Positions 10,977-23,284 are shown, counted from the whole stretch's first letter. The stretch: DNA of 61,913 nt, filler included, from Globobulimina sp. (GCA_003354225.1; 29 parts of 29 records of this genome joined end to end with filler, not necessarily neighbours in it), one strand, 5' to 3'. Numbers and translations are program-made. Notes: a model not told the origin generated them from the sequence alone.

Positions 10977-12245
10977 GTACATCTACCGCAACAAAATCAA
11001 ATAACCAACGACCAACTCCAACAATTTGCTCGAAAATTAGGTAGTACAACAAAAGCATCAAATATTCCATATCGATTTCCAAAAAGTACTCTCGAAGTCG
11101 GCACATATAAACAAGATCTCGCACATCATTTCAGAATACATCGCCATCATTCAGATTCAGACAAATTCGACGCATTAGTCCAAAGTCGAGCACTACCAGA
11201 ATCACAATATCACCAATTTATCCGTTATACAGACGATCTTACACAAACTCACAATGCTGCAAATCCAAATGATCATTATTTAACATTAACAATATTCTTC
11301 CAATGGTTAGATGTTACATTTCCATTTTTTATTCAAAATCGCACACATTTACTTGAATGCATTGGTTGGTATTTTACACCCGATACAAATCCATTACAAT
11401 ATTTAGCACACATACAAGCACAAATGGAAAATGCAAATAAATTAATCCAAACACATAATGATAACCTTCCAAATGGAATTCCACATTTACGTTTATTAGA
11501 TGATGAAGAAATAGTCGATTTAATACAGGAATTATTTATTACCAAAAATCATAACCCTGACTATAACAACGAAACTGAAATCTGTGCAAATATTGTTCGC
11601 GAAGTTAAAAAACTAACATTTTATACACTTACAGAATTCAAAACTGCATTAACTCGAATAACACTCGCAAATAATAACCGTATTATACCACAACATCGTA
11701 CCAAAGAACTCAAATATCGTATTACTGCACCAAACAGAACCATGATTAACTTACAAATAACCAGAGACAAAAAATTTGAAATATGGCAAAAAACATTAGA
11801 ATTTTATAATCAGAATACTCGTAATCAGAATACTCGTTTCAATCAGAATACACATAATCAGAATACTCGTTTCAATCGGAATACTCGTAAACGTCACTTC
11901 CATCAATCACAATCTGACCATGCCAATCAACCACCATTAAAAAAACAAAAAAGACATCGTTATTTCGTTTGTAAACATGGTACCAAATGTAGACAGATCA
12001 AAAACTGTTCTTTCTGGCATCCTCAACAGAATAAAACGCATTGCAAATTTGGAACAAAATGTAAATTTATCAAAACAAATAATTGTAAATTCGAACATTC
12101 TCCAAGCGAGAAAGATGGTATACAAAGTTATCCCTATAAACATAAAACAAATAATACAGATAAATCCAAATCCAATGATACACCCATACCGAGATATAAC
12201 CCGATTACGAACTCAACCAATCTCCGCACAAAAAGAGTTACATAA
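10977..12245 (+). CDS. CCCH zinc-finger protein, possibly retroelement Gag/ORF1-like, followed by frameshifted downstream sequence
   Basis: The frame of ORF 11424 is open back to 10977, just after a TTTAG acceptor-like site. Two fingers: CKHGTKCRQIKNCSFWH and CKFGTKCKFIKTNNCKFEH. A/C-rich strand bias. Confidence 0.55.
   Translation, partial: VHLPQQNQITNDQLQQFARKLGSTTKASNIPYRFPKSTLEVGTYKQDLAHHFRIHRHHSDSDKFDALVQSRALPESQYHQFIRYTDDLTQTHNAANPNDHYLTLTIFFQWLDVTFPFFIQNRTHLLECIGWYFTPDTNPLQYLAHIQAQMENANKLIQTHNDNLPNGIPHLRLLDDEEIVDLIQELFITKNHNPDYNNETEICANIVREVKKLTFYTLTEFKTALTRITLANNNRIIPQHRTKELKYRITAPNRTMINLQITRDKKFEIWQKTLEFYNQNTRNQNTRFNQNTHNQNTRFNRNTRKRHFHQSQSDHANQPPLKKQKRHRYFVCKHGTKCRQIKNCSFWHPQQNKTHCKFGTKCKFIKTNNCKFEHSPSEKDGIQSYPYKHKTNNTDKSKSNDTPIPRYNPITNSTNLRTKRVT
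11808..11888 (+). repeat. Coding minisatellite AATCAGAATACTCGT(TTC), about 5 copies
   Basis: Encodes NQNTR(F) repeats. Confidence 0.85.
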
Positions 12246-12889
12246 ACAACAGCAACATCATAATAACAATCACAATAATTTTTCTATGGAGTCCACCATT
12301 ATGGCATTAAAAGCACATAATGATTTATTAGCTGCACAAAATGCAGAACTTCAAAAGAATATTAACAAACACAATACCAATCCATTAAATCCTACATGTC
12401 CCCAAAGAGACACAACATAAAGATCCATTACAGGAACAAGAACATTATGTATTTCATGAACTACCACCATATGTAGCCACAAATACAAATAATAACACTG
12501 TTCCTCACAACCGAATTTCACAACCGAAATTCAAATCTGGATCTATATTCAACACATATCAGCATAATATTAACGAATATTGGAACAAATATTTTGTTCC
12601 AACCTGCAATATTATTAAATCCACACCAATCGTTACACCAACTTATGACACTGACGATGTTTGCGAAGCAGATACTGAATCATCAGAAACAATGTACAAC
12701 ATTTTTCAATCACATCCAGTATTCAGCCATCAAGCNNNNNNNNNNNNNNNNNNNNNNNNNNNNNNNNNNNNNNNNNNNNTTAATTAATTAANNNNNNNNN
12801 NNNNNNNNNNNNNNNNNNNNNNNNNNNNNNNNNNNAACGCTTATTTATCATACAAAAATCCAAGAAAAAAACAATGTTCACGAGCAAAT

Positions 12890-13697
12890 TTGCGAAGTCC
12901 CAAATTGGCCATTCCTAAATACAATGATGTGAATGATGAGAGTGAGAGTGATATCGATATTGAAGATGTTATTGGACAAAATACACTAAATATGTTTATA
13001 AACGATGATGTATCGGATTCATCGGAAGATCAGACATTTACCATACACAATGATAAAAAACCGATCAAGAAAGGTTATAATTATAATTGTACCTGTTGTG
13101 GGGTCAAGATTGTGAGTAAGAAATGCCATGAAACCACCAAAATCGATTGTGTTGTGTTTATTGTTTGGTTTATTATGATGACAGGCACATTATTTGGTGT
13201 TGGTTTTGGTTTAGTTCGGGTTGGATTTGGTATCAATAAATTCAATGAAAGCAGCAAAGTTACTCAGGTACGTATTATATTTGTTAATTGTTTTTATATA
13301 TTTAACAGTTTATACCTACAAATAGGAGATATGTTCCATTGTTAATTTGACAAAAACACAATGCAAACATCAAAACAACACAAACTTGTACAATGATTTC
13401 CGATATGATTATATTGTGACTGCCATATCAAAGTGCAACAATGATACATTGGTTAGGAGGGAAGAGGAGAAAGTTAGTGATGAATGTGGTGTAAAACATT
13501 ATGATATGGCTATGAATGTGAGTTGTTATGTTGCGGCCTGTGATAAAAATAAATATTCATTTATTGGCTCTGATACTTTAACATTGGATGCTAAGTACGA
13601 CATTGAGTTGGGATGCATTGTCCTCATCGTGACTACAGTTCCCTTTATTTCCTTTATTTGTTGGCTTTCTTTCTGTTATAGGTGTGGCCCCAAATAA
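12890..13697 (+). CDS. Two-TM membrane protein with Cys-rich extracellular loop (intron 13268-13325)
   Basis: A GTACGT..ATAG intron joins ORFs 12890 and 13347 in frame; start codon uncertain. Confidence 0.65.
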
Positions 13698-13921
13698 ATC
13701 TTTTTTTTCTATCGTTTATGTTTTTAATAGTAGTAATTTACAATTTTTATTTTTATTTTAGTTTTTTAATATTCTTTGATCTGCTTTACAAATTGTGAAA
13801 AATAAATCTCATTCGTACCCCCCTCTCCCTGCTATTTTTAATTTTTTCAAAATTCTACTGAAGACTGAGGCTGTTAATTCCACTGAGGACATTGTAACAT
13901 TGTGTAAAAAAAAAATACAAA

Positions 13922-14824
13922 ATGATTGTATATTTTTGGATAGCACTAATTTGTCATATTGCATATTCACAAAATGACACAAATGCTACCTTCACAACAA
14001 CAGCAACTGCTTTTACAACATCCGAATTCTTCACATCAACATCAGGAACACAAACATTTATGCCTACAAAAGCACCAATACCAGCACCAACAGCAAATCC
14101 ATCCGCAAAACCAACTGCATCACCTACACAAACTGCACCTGACGAAGATAAATCCTTTTTAGTTAGCTTATATTTACCTATTTATGGAAGAACGGTAGAA
14201 TTTGTGATTACCAATGAAGAGCTTCTTATTCGATTATTCAAAGACTCCGCTGGTCTTGGAGTTGGCGACACAGTTTAGATCATTGTATACGTACACTATA
14301 TGCTATATTTTTACGCAAAATCGCAAATTAAAAATCAATGTAAGGTGATAATTGGCAACGTAGTCACTATAACACGATTAACGCGAAGACGTTTACAAGA
14401 GACAGAAACAGGCGTTGAAATAGAATATTTAGTCACCATCGATGAGCCGCAAGCATTGGTTGTGTTTGAAAAGTCAGTGGATTCGGGTTCGTTCAGCAGC
14501 GAATTTCAAGAGGGATTGGATGATAATTTTGAAGGCATCGAGGTGGACACAGAAAATGTAGCATATGAAACAAAAGTAGGTGACCCCGATGATTTTTTGG
14601 GTGTAGAAAAGGACACTTTTGGTGATAAAATAAATTCGCCGTATATTTTATTAGGCATTGTGTGTATTGCTGTAGGTACGGTGTGGTTAATGTTTCTAAG
14701 ATCCAGCATTGACACGAAATCGCCAACCTATTTCACAGAATCAAATGCCGGGGATGGAGGTGCTGGCAATACGCAAGCAAGTGTCGAAATGCATACAATA
14801 GCATCAGGATCAGATGGAGATTAA
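13922..14824 (+). CDS. Type I membrane glycoprotein with a mucin-like PT-rich stalk (intron 14273-14344)
   Basis: Signal peptide, T/P-rich repeats, RRRL motif and C-terminal TM; the intron joins ORFs 13922 and 14300 in frame. Confidence 0.75.
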
Positions 14825-15012
14825 AATAAAGTCGTGACGGAATTTTTGTATTTAACCTTTTCATATATCTCTCANNNNNNNNNNNNNNNNNNNNNNNNNN
14901 NNNNNNNNNNNNNNNNNNTTAATTAATTAANNNNNNNNNNNNNNNNNNNNNNNNNNNNNNNNNNNNNNNNNNNNCAGTTATCCCATCACATAGGAACTGA
15001 ATCCACAGAATC

Positions 15013-15659
15013 TCGCGGGACTTGACAAGAAATATCATGATTTATGCATTAAGAGTATGTATACACTGTCAGATTACCTATTGTGTTTCTAATAATTTAT
15101 TAAAATAATTTGATAGAGCAAGAAATACAGACTACATAAGTATTACAAAATTACAATGATTATAGGAATTGAATTAATTGTTTTGATTAATATTTCGTGT
15201 ATTTATGGTTTGCAAATATTTTGGAGATATTTTGGAGAGCAAATAATAGCTCAATATTGGCGTTAGAAAACTTACAACAAAATAGGTCTTTGCAATGGCA
15301 ATAAAAGACATAGGTGTTTTGTTTGGAAGCAATGATGATTTTGAGAGAGCAGTTACATCACGAAGCAAATAATGTGATTGAAAGTATTGCGTATCGGTTA
15401 AAATATTGGATTGTGTTTGCTTGCGTGGAATGGATTTATTTATTGGACACAAATGGGTAAAAGCATGCAATAGATATAAATATGATGGGGGTTTGCGTCA
15501 AATAGTGACAAATACTGATAAGTAGCTATTATTGAGTTTGTATTGCCTTTGTTGTGGAATATTTATGACAGCACTTACAAAAATGAGTGGGGAAAACATA
15601 TTTGATTACGTATACAAATGGAAAGAATAAATCATTAAGTTTCTTGTCAAGAACCGCGA
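15013..15659. mobile_element. Putative non-autonomous element with terminal inverted repeats (TIRs), ~650 bp
   Basis: 33-bp inverted repeats at 15013-15045 and 15627-15659 (28/33 identical); no clear target-site duplication (TSD). Confidence 0.55.
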
Positions 15660-16273
15660 AAATATGATTAAAGTGTTTAAATATTCATTGCTAATCGATT
15701 CATGACATAATATTTGATATTTCCATTTTTTTGACAATTTTTGTCGTATAAACGCATTTACGCATTGCTAGTATGTTCAAAGTACTTCAAAGTAGATGGT
15801 CAAATTACGCTGTTTTTCACAACTGTGTTAAGTAAACAAAACCCATGGGAAGCTCAAAAAATCGCTTTTCCCAAGGGGATAAATGCATAATAAACACATG
15901 CAATAAATACTTAATTAGGTTTCATAGATCTGTGATGGTTAACGATCATTTGATGATAGCATTTTGGATGATTGGACGTGTTGACGGGAGCCATGATAAA
16001 AGATGAAAAAAAATGTTTTTTTAAGTTACTTAGTTAGCTAAATAGAATCTCATGTCTCGTTTCGAGATATTCAAATTCGTGATTCGTCCAATATCAATGC
16101 CAAAGTTATCATGGAATTGTTATGGATGGATTTGATAGATTTTTTTGTTTTGTTTTGTGTTTTGTATTTTTTTTCCCATAAACCCAATCAATAAATCAGA
16201 ATTCATAAATATGTTTTGTTATGTAATACATAAAATTCGTTCTATCACATTTTCTTTTTTTGGTAAAACATTG

Positions 16274-16395
16274 TATCAGAAGTCAGTAAGTATCTTGTTT
16301 GGTAACGTGTTTCTAAAAACAAAGTTTTTCGCACCAAGGGGGTGCGTCTTAGGCGCGTAGCGCCGCACCAAACGCGATATAACTGACTTCTGATA
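16274..16395. mobile_element. Putative MITE, ~122 bp
   Basis: Perfect 14-bp inverted repeat TATCAGAAGTCAGT / ACTGACTTCTGATA with a degenerate inner extension and a GC-rich core. Confidence 0.5.
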
Positions 16396-16450
16396 AAATA
16401 CTATAAACAATAATTATTCCATAAAAGAATTGCAACGAAGAAATACTAAC

Positions 16451-16872
16451 ATGAATGAAATGATTGATTTATCATTACTGTGCTCAGGAAATGGAACATC
16501 ATCAAATCGATGGATTGTAAATGAAACCATATTTACGATTGCAATTAAATCGTTGTCAGAAACAGTGAGAACAATATATTTATCATCGGGACATTATTAT
16601 TCTCCGTCATCAATCCATATTGATTTTGGTCAAATATTGAATGATAACAATGCATATAATATGTTTCGTGAAGGAATTGGGATCATTGGGAAATTTGCAA
16701 AAATAGAATTTGCTCCATCAAGAAATGAAAATAAAGCATCTTTTCACATTGAATGGACATCATCAAATGGAGAAACTGTCGGATTGTTCTTTTGGGAAAT
16801 TAGTGGAATATCCTTTGCTGGAGATAATGATTATGAATTGGTACGAATTGGATCATCTGATCCAGGTGATGA
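16451..16872 (+). CDS. Hypothetical protein, N-terminus loosely like a beta-helix/pectate-lyase-like cap; interrupted by a probable chimeric junction
   Basis: AT-rich ORF with TIYLSSGHY; composition changes abruptly near 16873. Confidence 0.35.
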
Positions 16873-17013
16873 CAGGCCGGGATTTCACATTTCCGGACTT
16901 GAATTTCAACGCTCACCCGAGCCTCTTTTCCGATACAGGCTAAGGCCTGCCGATGCAGCCTGGTCCAGGTGGAACTCCAGCAGAGATTATAAACTTTCAG
17001 GATTAAAGCACGG
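16873..17013 (+). other. Bacterial-type Y_Y_Y domain fragment (sensor kinase extracellular region)
   Basis: FHISGLEFQRSPEPLFRYRLRPADAAWSRWNSSRDYKLSGLKHG; markedly higher GC than the rest of the contig. Confidence 0.55.
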
Positions 17014-17608
17014 NNNNNNNNNNNNNNNNNNNNNNNNNNNNNNNNNNNNNNNNNNNNTTAATTAATTAANNNNNNNNNNNNNNNNNNNNNNNNNNNNNNN
17101 NNNNNNNNNNNNNTATTCCTCCTATATAGCTGCCGCTTGCGATGGTGCTTTAATTAATCCACTTATGATAACGAGGTAACAAATGGTGATTTTAAAGTTT
17201 TTGTTTTTTTTTTGCTTCAGCTTACTTCACTGTATAACCATACATTTATTTCAACCCTAACGGGCTAACACTCCATTCCCTTACACAATGCGTTGCTTAT
17301 AATTGTCAATATTACAAGAATAAGTAATTAGTAATAAATTATTTGAGAAAGTGTGAGATAAATACAATTTTATGTTATATAGACGCTCTATAATAACTAT
17401 TGTCATTTATCCACAAATGGAGCAATAAATACTCGAAAAAAAAAACACAGAGAGATTGAGAAAAAATACAGAAAATATTTATATATAAAGTCATCAAATC
17501 AAAACAATTGTTTTTTTGTATGACCCACAAAATAAATATTAAAAATCTGCCCATCTCTCTTAATTCTTGTAATATTGTTAATTTTGAAACTAATTTAAAT
17601 CTTTTTGT

Positions 17609-19152
17609 TTAATTTGAGTCAACATCCATATCTTCACCAAAAATGGTCGTAAATTCATAATAATCCTCATCCGGAACATTATCACCTTCCACTTGTTCAT
17701 CATAATCAGTGTCCGCTGTATCTTGATCCTCATTTGCAGCACCATTCATTTTTGAGATAATTTTAACAAATTCATCGCTATCATCACCATCTCGATCATT
17801 TGTACCTGGCTCAATTTCTTCTTTTTTCTCATCAGCATCAAACATATTTATATCCCCATCTCCTTTCAAAAAGCCTTTATAAAAAGTGGAGGATTTCATA
17901 ACTCGCACTCCGATGTCATATAATCGCAAAGTTAGCTCTCTGTCACTCGTAATCACTAAAATATTTTCATTTGCTTTTTTATTATTTTTGCTAAAAATCT
18001 CCACCAATTTATCATCCACAATCTGCTTCTTTGTCGAAAACGTGATCTCAATATCACCGCACACCTCATTCACGCCATTGCCATCAAAGAATAATTTAAT
18101 AATTGGCACATAATTCAATTTTAAAACATTCTTTTTTACATATTTATTTATAAACTCTTCCTGTAACAATTTGGTCAATCTCCGACGTGATTTCTTCATT
18201 CCACCGCCTCTCTGTCGCATACTTTTCCGGCACAAATTATCGCAGCCAATGATATTGTAGCCATCCACATAAATAAATAACTCATCGCCACCTACATCGA
18301 CTGGCAATTCCTGCAATTGCGCCAAGGCTAATTTCTCTTTTTTTTCTTTTTTTAATCTCTTTCTTTCTTCTTTTGCCAATTTCCTTTCTTGTTTTGCTTC
18401 GCTTCGAGCGTATTTTGTGCTTTTTTGGTTACGGTTTCGCATCGTTTTTTTTTTGTTTTTAAACGATTTGGCAATGTTTTTAATTTCATTGCGTAATGTG
18501 TTCGCATCCAAACTGTCGGCAATATCCAATAATTGTTGTAATTGGCTTTCTTGTTCATGCAATATAGCAACTTCATTTTGCTTTTTCTGTTTTAATTCGT
18601 TTGTTTTTGAGATCATTTTTGCCAATTTTTCTTTTACTTTTTCTGTATTTTTACCACATTTGTTACTACGACGGTTCGTTTGTGGCGTCGGATACATCAT
18701 AGCATTGCCATTGTCATTGTCATTACGATGTTTTTTACCTGTATTCATTGGACAATGTCTCTTAAAATGACCGGTTTCGCCACAAATATGACAGATTTTA
18801 TCATGGGATTTGCCATGGCGATGACCGCGACCATGTTTGAATAATTCAACATGAGGTAAACGTTGCTCATCATTGGAAAAATGCGCAAATTGCAATCGTA
18901 AATGTACACATAATTCATTTAAATCACCTGCAATTTTGCATGATTTTGGGCTCCATTGATGTATTGTAAATGTTACCGGTGCTTTATTATTGCCGTATTT
19001 TTGTTTGATCCAATTGTCGGTTTCTTTACTCATTAATTCGATTTCTTTGACTGTCCATTTTAAACCACGGCCACCTCGGTAAAGTATGGTCAAATGTTTA
19101 TTCTTTGCATTTCCAGGCAATGTGGCGTCTTCTAATGACACTGCGATAGCAA
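17609..19152 (-). CDS. 2H-phosphoesterase-like + CCHC zinc knuckle + coiled coil + NYN (YacP/Rae1-like) ribonuclease fusion (5' end may be truncated)
   Basis: HLTI (aa 16) and PHVEL (aa 97); CHICGETGHFKRHC; YVDGYNIIG, LFFDG, VDDKLV and VITSDREL as in NYN_YacP; acidic tail. Confidence 0.8.
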
Positions 19153-19259
19153 NNNNNNNNNNNNNNNNNNNNNNNNNNNNNNNNNNNNNNNNNNNNTTAA
19201 TTAATTAANNNNNNNNNNNNNNNNNNNNNNNNNNNNNNNNNNNNNNNNNNNNTATAAAT

Positions 19260-20811
19260 TTACAATCCTTGTAGCTTCCTCAATGTCGGTAGATATTTAA
19301 CTTTATTTAGAAAATGTTTACATTCCTTTTCATTTTCCAATTCATACAATTGCTGTCTGGTGCCCGCATGTTGTGGTTTCCTATATTTTATATTAAATTG
19401 CTTATTGTCTTTATCGCTGATATGCAACTCAATGATGCTTGTAATATCAATGGGGACGTGGTCATTTGTGCCAATATTGTAATCATCCATTGCTTTCTTA
19501 ACAATCCGATGTCGATCTACAATTAATAGTCGTTTCTTATTTTTCCTGGCATTTCTTATTTTTGTACAATGATATTCGCGCGTTTCATTTGCCAAACGCA
19601 CCAAATTAAAATTATACGCCTCATTGATGTCATCATTTTTGCTCAAAAATTTGGGTAACAATATCAATTGACGCGGCTCAGCTAAATCAATAATACATTT
19701 TGCTAAAGATAAGGTGTCCTTTGCTTTGCATTTTTTATTGAAATAAAAATTGAAATATTGCGCATGGAAATGTGCACCGTGCTTTTTTTTATTTAATAAT
19801 GAAATCAAATCGCGGATAGTCAATGCAGTCGCATCCTTATCAATGGCCAAGACATGCGATTCGTTATTTGGTCCGGGGATGGACACACGAACTAATATTT
19901 GCTGTGCCGCATTCTTAAAAGCAATCACTTTATTCTCTGCAGATTGCGATTGTGAACCGACATTTTTTATAATATATTGCAAACCGACATATTTCTCATT
20001 CAATGTATGAATTTTTAAATGGCGACCAAAGGCAGGCACATCCTCTTCAATTTCAACGATTCCATCCATCTCAATCTCAACTCCTCGCATTAAATAATCA
20101 GAGGCCACAGTGCCTTTTAATTTGCGTAGAGGTCTCTCAATTTTCCACTTCTCAATACACCGAAAGATTGTTTCTGAAACACTCCATGCTTCAATGATGG
20201 ATAATTGTATTGGTTCTTCGCATAGATATTCGCCAAAATAGACGGTTAGGATAAAGGTGCCATTCTGCTGACGCATATATTCTGATTCTGGCTCATAGCG
20301 CGCATATTTACTAAAATTTTGTTCTAACTCATCATCATCGCCTCGCAAACTTCGCCCTTTGCGTGATTTTGAATGCATGCGACCGATATGCGACGAGTTG
20401 AAGACTGGAGCACTTGATTGGATTAGCATGGATAATCCGGATACGCCATTATTTTTTTTATTATTTTTATTCTTATTCTTGTTGAATATATCAATTTTAT
20501 CAAAGGATTGTTGGTGTAATTGTTTCCCAAACTGTTTTAAATCATTGTTTGCCGCTTTTTCATCCGATGAAGATTCGAAATCTGAATCATTCTCATAATA
20601 TTTGGGATCGTATTGTCGTTTTCTTCTTTGTCGCGCCCGTTGTTGTTGACGAAGGTAACCGTTTCTATCTGCTTCATTCTCACAGTCTTCATCAGAGTCC
20701 CCAATATATACCTATTTCATCACATGTTTGGTTTAAAACTTTGGTGTCGTATAATTACTCAACATCATGAGGCACTACTTTTCTTTTAATTATATGTTCG
20801 GTATTTATCAT
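19260..20811 (-). CDS. SIN1: SIN1/MAPKAP1/Avo1-like TORC2 subunit (CRIM, RBD-like and PH domains); first exon uncertain
   Basis: CRIM-like SVSETI...YLMRGVEIEMDG...EEDVPAFGR; C-terminal SIN1-type PH (KKRLLIVD...YELENEKECKHFLNKVKYL). The frame is open back to an acceptor at ~20712. Confidence 0.7.
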
Positions 20812-20922
20812 TTTCTTGAAAGTATCAGTGTATTAGTTGCTATTATTAAAAGTCACCCGTAACATCAGTAAAGTCCTGTATTATTAAAAGTTTTCGAGAC
20901 ATAAACAACAAATCTTTCTGTT

Positions 20923-21291
20923 ATGGCCTTTGACGAACTGGACATAAGTGGAAATGCAGCACTTTTGATAATAATATTGTTGACATGCATGTATGTGTTG
21001 TTTTTAACACCATTGTCATTGTATTATGCACATAAATTGTGGATTTTGAGTGGTCAAAATATCAGTTTCGTAACTAAACGACACCCACGCGTAGTAATAT
21101 TCAGTGTATTTCTATTTAATGGGTATTCAGTTATAATCCGCCCATTGTGTGATATATCGAAATTATGTGGATTAGATTTAGGTTTATTTGGTATATTTTT
21201 ATCAAATTTATCCCAATTTGCATCTATTATTATATGTCTTCGGGTTTGGCTGTTATTTTATGATCATAAACACCAAAATACCACTTATATG
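20923..21291 (+). CDS. Multi-pass membrane protein, 7TM/RGS-receptor-like N-terminus (truncated)
   Basis: Hydrophobic helices with FVTKRHP and LRVWLLFYD motifs. Confidence 0.5.
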
Positions 21292-21969
21292 NNNNNNNNN
21301 NNNNNNNNNNNNNNNNNNNNNNNNNNNNNNNNNNNTTAATTAATTAANNNNNNNNNNNNNNNNNNNNNNNNNNNNNNNNNNNNNNNNNNNNGTATGTTGA
21401 GAAGCACACAAAATATAAAGATTTAAAAGGTATGTTTTTTTTTTGTATGTTATTGTATGTACAAACAACTTGTTTATATGTACATGTGTAATATATATAG
21501 AATGCATATTAGCGGAAGTGATGAAATATAAATAAAAAGAACGTGTTCATCATATTTGAAACGGGAACGCAGCAACTTCTTTTATGTGTATTTATAGTTG
21601 CATTATCGTGTGGTCTTATTTTGTGATAATTAAATGTATTGTGGCAATTGTCTTTTTTTTACTTTTTTTATAGCATATTAAACCGATGTACTGTAATTAA
21701 AGAACCAGTTTACTTTTTTCAAACGTAAATTTTATGCCGATGCCAGGAATCATTTTTGAGTGAGGAATCCTTGAAATCTTTTTGAGTGAGGGTAAGTCCT
21801 AACATCTTGCATGTCGGAGGATTCGATGATATTTCGATCCTCGGCAAACGCAAACGTTCTCAGGAAGGACTGGAAGCGGAAGTGAACGAATTCTGTACTA
21901 GTCATATGAATGGAAACTGAACGACTTTTTAATTACTAATTGAATGACAACAACAACAAATTATGAATA

Positions 21970-22605
21970 TCAACCGCAATGATAAATTCTTTTATGTTTT
22001 TGGCAATTCCACTTGAAAGTAAAGGTAGCATCGCATTTGTCGCAGACATAACCATTTCCATCTCCTTTTTTAGAATGCGTTTGCCAATGTTTTTGCAATG
22101 AATCTTTTCTCGCAAATCCTTTCTTGCATTCTCTGCAAATGAATGGCTTCAATATTTCGTTCTCCTTCGTATGAATATATTTAATATGTTTCCGTAAAGC
22201 AGATGGATCCGTAAACGATTTAAAACATCGCTTGCAACGCTCACATCTGTCATTTGTATGTATTCTTTCATGAATGTTCAAATGTTTTAGAGATGAAAAA
22301 CATTTGCTGCATTTCTGACATTTATGCTGTTTAATATGCACTTTTCTATGTTTATTAAAAATCGCTATCCTTTGGAATATTTTGTGACATCCCGGATAGT
22401 TACAACAATGTATCGATTTCATCGTCTTTTTGGGCTTCAATATGGATGTGATTGGTTTCATTATTTCTGATTTATGATTGTATAAATTTTGATGTTGAAT
22501 CAAAGTCGTTCTGTCTCCAAAAATGGAATAACATTCTCGGCAACAAACGACTATGTAAATAATAACAAAAACCATACAAAAACCATGCAAATGATACAAA
22601 AACAC
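21970..22605 (-). CDS. C2H2 zinc-finger protein (5 fingers; likely start at 22461)
   Basis: Five CX2-4C...HX3-4H fingers, e.g. CQKCSKCFSSLKHLNIHERIH. Confidence 0.9.
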   Translation of the reverse strand: MFLYHLHGFCMVFVIIYIVVCCRECYSIFGDRTTLIQHQNLYNHKSEIMKPITSILKPKKTMKSIHCCNYPGCHKIFQRIAIFNKHRKVHIKQHKCQKCSKCFSSLKHLNIHERIHTNDRCERCKRCFKSFTDPSALRKHIKYIHTKENEILKPFICRECKKGFARKDSLQKHWQTHSKKGDGNGYVCDKCDATFTFKWNCQKHKRIYHCG

Positions 22606-23284
22606 CTATAATAAGGCATTATTGCTGGATTTTTCATGAAATTTCAACCAGGAAAAATACGCTGAAATTTCCTGACAACGGCAAAGCAGAGAGATGGTAC
22701 ATTAACGTACAAGAATGTGAACAGATCCATCGGTGTTTATTTATTTGATGTTTGTTTTTGGGGATACTGGCATTGCAAATGCATTTGGTGTGTGTTTGTG
22801 TTTGTGTTTGTGATTGGTTTTGGTTTTCGGTTTGGATTTGGGCAGTTTTACTGTAGGGGACATTGATTTTGTTGTAGGGGATGCAGACTGATATAATAAA
22901 CAGTGTCTGTTGGGACAGTTGTTGATTCCATGGATGATATCACTGATTGGCTCTCATTCTCTTCATTATCAACAATCCGATTCATCCAAATTAAATGCTT
23001 GGGATCCGGGCTACGTATACACGACCTGGTTTAAGTTAATTTGATTTGTGTTGTTGTTATTTTAATGTGTTGTGGCGTGAGAGTGAGACTGACTGTATGA
23101 GACTGACATACATTAACAATTGATTTTGTGGCTTATGAATGTTTGCTTCAGTAATGCAAGGATTATCTCCGTTGAACAGTGAATCAAAGTAGGAAAAAAT
23201 GGCAAAGTCAGTGAAAAACATCAAATCTTGAAACATGTACCAACTTTGCCTGGATTTGTGAACCGTTAACATGAATTCTGTTTA

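Noticed and set aside
15174-15630. Alternative genetic code (TAA/TAG read as Gln)
   Set aside because: Conserved genes in the window have no in-frame TAA/TAG and several terminate with TAA; local decay explains the stops better
17886-18770. Antisense ORFs here and opposite other real genes (e.g. 30233-31886, 45507-46541, 56861-57489)
   Set aside because: Shadow frames of AT-rich coding strands with no motifs
21735-21920. GC-richer patch containing TTCGA as a tRNA or other ncRNA
   Set aside because: No cloverleaf or recognisable family could be built
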